This document shows positions 55,780 to 64,000 of a stretch of DNA of 64,000 nucleotides, piece after piece. Numbering within the stretch: the stretch's first letter is position 1; the number at the start of each line of letters is the position of its first letter. This DNA is from Eledone cirrhosa (Eukaryota). The stretch spans positions 44,144,001-44,208,000 of the forward strand of contig OZ024742.1 in the NCBI GenBank assembly GCA_964016885.1, in the 5' to 3' direction. A model generated the notes under the pieces. It searched no databases. It was not told the DNA's origin and saw only the letters and a list, made by a program, of their open reading frames with translations. Made by a program: the position numbers and the translations under genes.

Positions 55780-56424
55780 GCTGTCTGTAGAAGACTTGCG
55801 TAGATTAGAAAGAAACGAAGCCTGCATGCTCTGATGGATGTGTAATAGTAATATACGCGAATACCAAAGCATAAACGAATTGAGAGAGAGACTGAGCATA
55901 AGAGGAATCAAATGTTGTGTGCAGACGAGGAGGTTGCATTAATATGGACATGTGATGCATATCAAGGATGACAGCTGCATAAAAAGGTGCAGAGCACTAG
56001 AAGTTGATGGAAGCCGCGGAGTGGGGAGACCCAAGGAGACCTGGGGTGAGGTGATAAAAGCCGACCTTACCCAATTGCACCTTTCAAAGGCGATGACACA
56101 TGACTGTGACCTCTGGCGTCACGCAGTAATACAGAAGACCTGACCCCCCCACGGGTACAAACCGAAGCTGAAGCATATAGACGATATACCACCACCCTTC
56201 CCACTGCAAAGTGGTCATGGAGGTGCCATGGCAAAAAAGCACCCAGCCCACACTGTAAAGTGGATGTGTAGGTGCCGCGGAAAAAAAAGCATCCAGAAAT
56301 CAAGCCAGAATCAGTTCTCGTATGAGCAAGACATGGTCAGCCGACCGGGCACTGCCCACAACAGGACAACCCGTCTAACCCATGCTAGTGTGGAAGAATG
56401 GACGTAAAACGGTGATGATGATGA
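55780..56424 (+). mobile_element. RTE LINE 3' fragment (subfamily sharing its tail with the 40151-40488 SINE)
   Basis: RLERNEACML*WMC...GVGRPKETW; 3'UTR and (GAT)n tail. Confidence 0.9.
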
Positions 56425-57820
56425 CATACATACACACACACACATATAACAGGCAGAATGTTGCACGAGTTATTTTCCTTCTGTCCTATTATTTTGCGAC
56501 ACCCTCTTCTCTCTGTATATAGTCTTCTAACTCTCCAAATAATCCTACAAAGCCGACCTTGGTAAACTCTTGAAAATACTCTACAGGAGCTATTTAGAGA
56601 ATGTTGGGTGACTGACTACTGAGAATCTTGAAATAAGCAACAATGATACTGATTTATGACGGTGGCAGTTGAGCAGAAACAATCAGCTACAGACTGAATT
56701 GCTTACATCACATCTTTCAAAAGTTCCTGGAGAGAATTATTTACAGAAGGCTAATATATTATTTAGAAAATGAACAGAAACTGATCCACAATATACCTAG
56801 TGTAGTTTCCTCTCCAGAAGTAACTGCTTAGCAGTATTGTCACGTGATTTCAAGGGACAAAAGGGGGCGTTTGGTCTAAATGGGTTGAGAACCTGTGCCC
56901 TAGACCGTGTACAATAAAAGGAAACGGCTTAACACTATAGCCTTCTGCCTACAAACACCTTTCATAAAACATAACCTCAATCAAAGACATGTAGAACAAG
57001 GAATAACACAGGAAATACCACAAGGTATTTTATCCAAAGTTCTACTGATGCTGCCAGCCACTGCCATGTGTACATATTGAGTATGTCTATATACCATCAT
57101 TTTACGTATATAAGCAGTGAATTGGCAGGGTTGTTACAACGTTGAAGTATATAATCTGGCTCTTAGCATTTTATGATCAAACCCCTCCCCCAAATTGCTG
57201 GCCTTGTGCATAAATCAGAAACCATTATTATTATTACTTGAGTTCAAATTCCGCCAAGTTTAGCTTTGTCTTTCATCCTTTTGGGATTGATAAAATAAAT
57301 TACCAGTTTAGGGTTTGTGTATTAGTGGAATTGTTAGTGTCAGATTTGCCTTGCAGCATACATTCTAGCTTTTTGCATTCTAAATTCAAATATGGCTATG
57401 GCCTACTTGGGTGGAAGGTGTAACCCACTGCCCAATTTAACACCACCCCCTGATCCTTGAGTGCCTTTAGTGGAGCCCATACATTTTGCAAGAATTCAGG
57501 CCAAGTATTGGTGGCCTTGGAAATGGTCATAGTTACTGCATTTCCCACTCAGACTAAACAGTTAAAAAATCCTATAGCACTAGCATAAGTTGGAAGGTTT
57601 TCACAGCATCTCATCTGTTGTCCACCTACACATAGCAACGGTTATTTTTGTTATTCTATTTGTGCTTATTTTCTTGGACATGGATTTTACAGCTGGATGA
57701 CCTTCCTATCACCAACAATCACCAACAATTTACAGTGTGGATTAGGTGCCTTATATTGTGTCACTAGCATTGGAGAGGCTGTCTTCAATGAGACTAAGGA
57801 GTCACCTCCATTTGATGATG

Positions 57821-57902
<82 letters not shown>

Positions 57903-58120
57903 CATCATCACTATTCAACTTCCATTTTTCCATGCTAGAATGGGTTAGACAATATATATATATGTATGTTTATGTCTGTATGTAGATGTTTGTATCTGTG
58001 TATATATGTGTGTTTGTATATATGTGTGTTTGTCTGTGTGTGTTGTCTGGGTATACATACCTACATATGTTTATATTGTGCTGTCAGCTAAACGAAAATA
58101 CAAGGCCAAACTTAGAAAAG

Positions 58121-58613
58121 ACTAGATCAGCAACAACACTACCATATTAGCAACAACTAGATCAGCAACAACACTACCATATTAGCAACAACTAGATCAG
58201 TAACAACACTACCATATTAGCAACAACTAGATCAGCAACAACACTACCATATTAGCAACAACTAGATCAGCAACAACACTACCATATTAGCAACAACTAG
58301 ATTAGCAACAACACTACCATATTAGCAACAACTAGATTAGCAACAACACTACCATATTAGCAACAACTAGATTAGCAACAACACTACCATATTAGCAACA
58401 ACTAGATTAGCAACAACACTACCATATTAGCAACAACTAGATCAGCAACAACACTACCAGATTAGCAACAACACTACCATATTAGCAACAACTAGATTAG
58501 CAACAACACTACCATATTAGCAACAACTAGATTAGCAACAACACTACCATATTAGCAACAACTAGATTAGCAACAACACTACCATATTAGCAACAACTAG
58601 ATTAGCAACAACA
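58121..58613. repeat. 35-bp minisatellite, ~14 copies
   Basis: Unit ACTAGAT(C/T)AGCAACAACACTACCATATTAGCAACA. Confidence 0.95.
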
Positions 58614-58657
58614 CGCTCTTGCTCTGGAAGACCAGGTCACTCTATGACACTAAACAT

Positions 58658-58845
58658 AATTGTTTCTACTTTTGGCACAAGGCCAGCAATTATCCCAGTG
58701 CATTACTGGTACATTATTTTATCGACCCCGTAAGGATGAAAGGCAAAGTTAACCTCGGCAGGATTTGAACTCAGACCATAAAGGGCCATAACTCTTTGCT
58801 GCAAAGCATGGCGTCTGACCCTCTACCGATACTGCCAATCCAATG
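58658..58845 (-). mobile_element. Meta-domain SINE, full length
   Basis: Reverse complement of 5183-5365. Confidence 0.88.
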
Positions 58846-59560
58846 CACACACATTGGTTAAAGGCAAATGCACCATCCCTTGCCAAGTTTGATAAGCCAA
58901 ATGCTGATGAGCCAACAAGAAAGCCTGTACATGATTGCTTGACCTGCAGCCAAATCTGCATTAAATCACACCTTCCCATCTTAAAACAAAGTGGGAGGCA
59001 TTAGATAATGTTTTTTCAGATATGGTATCCACTTATAATAATTTGCAACGTGTTTTTATTTGCTGTCACATAAATGAGATATTGTGAAAGTAGAAGATTG
59101 TTAAACAACGGAAAGACTGAATGATATAATTGGAGAATTGGAGAATAAGAAAATTGTAGGAGTAAGATGCAGTAAGAGTAAAATGCAGTTTACCTTACAT
59201 TTCATGTTATTTCAAAATTAGGAGAAATTGAGTGAGATACATGCACACACACATGTATACACTTGTTTGAATAAGAGATTAAAATGTCCTGTCAGCCACA
59301 TTTTTCAATATATATCTACTAGATCAGTGGTAATCGTAGATGGACACAAATCCAGTTTTCTAGTGACATAGCACCAACATGATTTCTTGTTTAAATGTTC
59401 TCAGAAGTCATCTTCCTAGTTATTTGTACATTATAGCTATCTTGGTTATGTGTTTGTACATCTATATATAAATTTCTGCGATTCTGTCACAACACATGAA
59501 GAGAGAGGAGTAATTTGACTACCTCATACTACTCCTCTCTCTTTGTCTGCTGCCTCCGTG

Positions 59561-59596
<36 letters not shown>

Positions 59597-60019
59597 GAAG
59601 GAAGGGGATGGTGAAAAAACTACTGTATGTGAGTGTATGTATATGTTTGTTTGAATGAATGTATGTGTTTGTTTGAATGAATGTATGTGTGTATTTTTGT
59701 AAGTGTGTCTGTTTGCGCATTTATATTTATATACTCATACATATAAATGTATGCATATGCACATATACGCATATACGCATATGCATCAATGTATGGAAAA
59801 AAATTCTAGTATGTATAAATATATGTGGTGAACAAAGTGACTGAAAACAAGACAGATGATGGGCAAAATTGCGAATATTAGTTTAGTGCTCAGATGTGAA
59901 AGGTTGGTACATTATGTTTTGGGATATATATATATATGTAAATATATACAGCATGTCTCAAAATGTATACACACATTTATTAGAATGCTGTTGAAGTGTG
60001 CATACATTTTTTGGGACAT

Positions 60020-60067
<48 letters not shown>

Positions 60068-60069
<2 letters not shown>

Positions 60070-60305
60070 CATCCTCCTCACCGTTTAATGTCCATTTTTC
60101 CACACTAGCATGGGTTAGACGAGTTGTCTCGTGAGACAAACCAAAGCAGATGACCATTTCTTGATCATACAGAACTGGATCTGGCTTGGTTTCTACGACT
60201 GGATGCCCTCCTAATGCCAACCGCATTTACGGTGTGTACTGGGTATTTGTTGTGACACCTACATGACCACTTTACAGTGTAGGCTGGGCACTTTTTGTTG
60301 TGACA
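60068..60305 (-). mobile_element. RTE 3'UTR fragment (others at 4993-5180, 11663-11722, 48270-48390, 57685-57810, 61487-61640, 63413-63630)
   Basis: TTTAA.GTCCATTTT.CCA..CTAGCATGGGTTAGAC...CTGGATGCCCT.CTAA. Confidence 0.8.
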
Positions 60306-63300
60306 CACACACACACCCACACTCACACACACACAAATGATTATCAATGTTACTTCTTCCAGTTTTAAAAATTCATGAGTATGCACAAGTCATAGAAATA
60401 CACAGCTATTGCTCATTTTCCCTGCTAACAAGGGTTGGACAAGCTGCCACATACCAACTCAGTACTTAATTGGAGCCACTGATCTATCAGATGGGCTGGG
60501 ACCATATCAATAACATATAGATATATGAATATAAATATACCTGTGTCTGCCTGGAAAATTTCATATGTGTATATATGCTTATGAATACATAAGTATAAAC
60601 AATAAAACAAAGAACAAAAAAAAAAAAAGAGACAAAGTTGTCCATGGCAGGATTCAAACTTAGAACATAAAGATTTGGAACTAATATTGTGATGCATTAT
60701 GTCCAACATGCTGACAACCCTGCCATTGTCTTTCCAAAAGGAGTGGATATGCAACAGGTTAAACAGAATATCAGCAGTATCAAGCTCTGATTTTAGAGGG
60801 CCTGTGAAAACGATAGACATTGCTCCTTTCTCTAGACCTACCAAGTAAAAAGAAAAAAATAACAAGGATTCCTAACATAAGCAGAATATCAGAAATTTTG
60901 GGGAAGGATCTAATTGGTTATACCATGTCACCATTCCTAGTACATGACTGGTACTTATTTTATCACTCAGCCTCAGGAGAATGAAAGGAAAAGTTGACTT
61001 TGGTGGGAGTATTTTTAACTCAGAACAAGAACATAAAGGGGTAGAATTTAATACTGCAAGGTATTTTGCCTGTTTTCTCTCCCACTTCTGACATCCATTA
61101 TCCTCATAATAAATAAATTATTGACAGAAGATCAATATTTTCAATAACTACCTGCTTGTACTTTGTATATAATCAGCAGTATTAAAGAGAAAGTTGCCTA
61201 TGTGTGTATACCTTATTTTATCATAACCAATGAGAGAGGGTACCAAAAGCGTAGCAGTTGCTACTCAAAAGTTATGGTTCACATACACACACCCATTGGG
61301 GGGCGTTTCGGAGCTCCAGGGGGGGGGGGGGCGCTAGGCTATTTACTTAGGTAAGTTTTATAAGCCATATTTGTACGTCTCTGAGACAGCCAGTGTGAAT
61401 GCATTTGAATGAAGAAAACATTGAGGGGCAAAAGGGGGCGTTTGGCCGAAATGGGTTGAGAACCTTTGTATTATATCATCATTTTATCATTATCATCATC
61501 ATTGTTTAACGTCTATCTTCCATGTTAGCATGGGTTAGACGGGTTCGTCCCACTTGAAGCAAGTTTGGTTGGGTGACCGATGTATAGAACTGTTTCTGGC
61601 TGGTTTTCTACGACTAGATGCCCTTTGTAGCACCAACCTATTATATGTGATATAATCTTCATTTAGCAAGGGTTGGATGGGCTGTCGCAGACCAGGTCTG
61701 TACCTAATTGAAGCTACTAACCTCTCAGACAGGCTGAGGGCCTGCATCTTACATATGTTCCTACATTCTAGAGATGCAACCAGCACATTTTATTGTGGCA
61801 TCAGGGTGGGGATGGGTGGGTCTAACATATAAGTGCTATAAGATATGCTATAAGTCATGGATGTAACAGTAGGGCAACGATTTAGCAGAATCAATAGAGC
61901 ACTGGACAAAATATTTTGCAGCCTTTAGTTATAGCCCTGTATACTCTGAGTTTGAATCCTGCTGGGGTCAACTTTGCCTTTCATGCTTCCTGGATGAAAG
62001 GCAAAGTATGACAATTGTGATGTTGATGATGATGATATCCAATAGATTTAAGAGAAATAAAACCCATGATGATGGTAAGCCAATAAATTTGATCTGGCAA
62101 TAGCCCAAGCTATTTCTAAATTTTCATTACTGTATTGCATAGTTCAATACATTGTATAGTTGGCACTTATGTTACAGGTAGTACTAATTGAGATCTCTCA
62201 GATAAACTAAGCCATATGGAGTTAGGTAGGTTAGGGTGGAGTTTTTTTTTTTTAATTATCTTAACCAAAGAGGGGAGTGGCAAACTTCAAACCCTGCCCC
62301 ACTGTTGAGATTGATGTGGTTTATGTTAAGTTTGTAATTTTACTGATTATTAAGTGCAATTTCAGCTTTGATCCAGCAGGTATATAATCAGGCTCTCCAG
62401 CCAATAACTATAACATCCTTTTTTCTTCAAACATAGTGTATCTAGGACTACATTATCTAATGTGGCCTTCCCTTTTTTAAAGATAGCTGGATATGATTAT
62501 TATTTCTAGCTGCTTCAGAGCCTGCACAGTCATCTGCAGGTTGCACTCTCTAGAATGTGGGAACATATGAAAGCAAGATGCAGGCCTTCAGCCTGTTTGA
62601 GAGGTTAGTAGCTGAAGGAAAATATGTACAGAGAGGTGGAATGGCAGTTCAAGAATGTTGTAATTCTGGGAAGGAAGCGTGTGTAAACAGCTTCGTGTAA
62701 GTTTTTAAAGGAAGTTGAGACACTATGGATAACATAGAAAATAGCTAATAAGGATTTCTAATCTAGGTACAAGTGTGGGAAGTTGATATCGATTATACCA
62801 ACTCCAGTATGTGATTAGTATTTTATTTTAACAACACCGGAAGTATGACAGGCAAAATTTACTTTGGTGGAATTTGAATTCAGTTACATAAAGTTCCATA
62901 ACTGAATGCTGTAAAGTATTTTGTATGACACTCTAAGGATTCTGCTCATCCACTGCCCTTCAAAAATAGCAAATATAATTATTGCCGAATCTCTTTATCA
63001 AAATCTATTTATGTGGTAGAAATCCTAAAATAAAAAATTTTGTTAAAACAAAGCGCTTGGGTAGATGTGAAAATGCACAGTTGGGTATTTTTGACAGTGA
63101 AGAAAATATCTGTAGATAAATGGATATTGTCTAGAAAGTATGTGTTTTTCTATAGCAGATGAGTCATCTAAAATATGAGAGCATCTTGTTGTTTGGTACT
63201 CCATCACAGAAGCTGCCTGCATGAAGCATTCAAGTAATATTTCTAGCCATGATCCTCATCCCACCTCTGTTGCCACAAGAGTTGTTTTTTTTTTAACACT

Positions 63301-64000
63301 GATAAAACCAATGTATGTTAGATATTCTTTTATTCTTTTTTATTTTTATTTAGACTCACCAAGTACACAAAAACCCACTCTATACTCTCATATATATATA
63401 TATATATATATATCATCATCACTGTTTAATATCCATTTTCCCATGCTAGCATAGGTTCGACGAGTTGTCCTATGGTGAGACAAGCATGACTATGTCTTGC
63501 TCATACAGAACTGGTCTTGGTTTGGTTTTTACAGCTAGATGCCTTTCCTAATGCTAACCACATTTACAGTCTGGACTCAGCTTTTTTTGTTGTGGCACCA
63601 AAATGACTACTTTACAGTGTGGACTGGGGGCTGGTGTGAGGATTGGAGATCTAGGGTGGGGTACATATCTGGTGAAGGGTGGTGTGTTAGGATGTGAGGT
63701 GTGTGTGTGTGTGTATATATATGTATTTATATATGTATATCTATATAATCATCATCATCAATTTTTTTCCTGATGGCAAGGGTTATACACACAATGGGCT
63801 CTTGCAGAATTTACATATTTCAAATATCACTGATAAGGCATGGGTTAGTCCGAAGCTATAGTAGGAGACATTTACTCAGAATGCCATACTGACATCAATT
63901 TGGCTTTTCATCCTGTTGCAGTCCATAAAGTACCAGTCTAGATTGAGGAGAATTGTTGCAACATAGGACATGATACCTAGTAGTATTTCGTTTCTCCCTG

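Noticed and set aside
58121-58613. CRISPR-like regular 35-bp repeats
   Set aside because: Contiguous units with no unique spacers, no cas genes, eukaryotic context.
61163-61354. ORF with AG|GTAAGT donor as an exon
   Set aside because: Adjacent to a hAT-like MITE end (GGGGGCGTTTGG..AATGGGTTGAGAACC, also at 56862-56895); G-run and no clear acceptor.

Overview
AT-rich, microsatellite-dense animal genomic DNA, not prokaryotic. The repeat inventory (huge (TA)n/(TG)n arrays, RTE LINEs with (GAT)n tails, tRNA-derived CORE and Meta-domain SINEs) points to an octopus or other cephalopod genome; this is an inference. Nearly all ORFs in the track are simple-repeat artefacts. Supported content: (i) a young 5'-truncated RTE LINE (23842-26624) with a PHD finger inside its RT region and a single W->stop; (ii) many older RTE fragments and SINEs, including a tRNA-CORE SINE with an RTE-derived tail; (iii) a GC-rich CRE-clade retrotransposon (~42670-45850) with a ~1 kb internal inversion duplicated at both breakpoints; (iv) a probable promoter at ~33.8-34.0 kb with candidate exons of a signal-peptide gene on + and of an unidentified gene on -; (v) most interesting, several unrelated non-coding fold-back mini-elements embedded in (TA)n arrays. 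At least three of these families carry type I hammerhead ribozyme cores (40896-40986, 41787-41981, 26883-26924), in the arrangement typical of Penelope-like element (PLE) termini. Alignments and folds were made by eye, so boundaries of old repeats are approximate.
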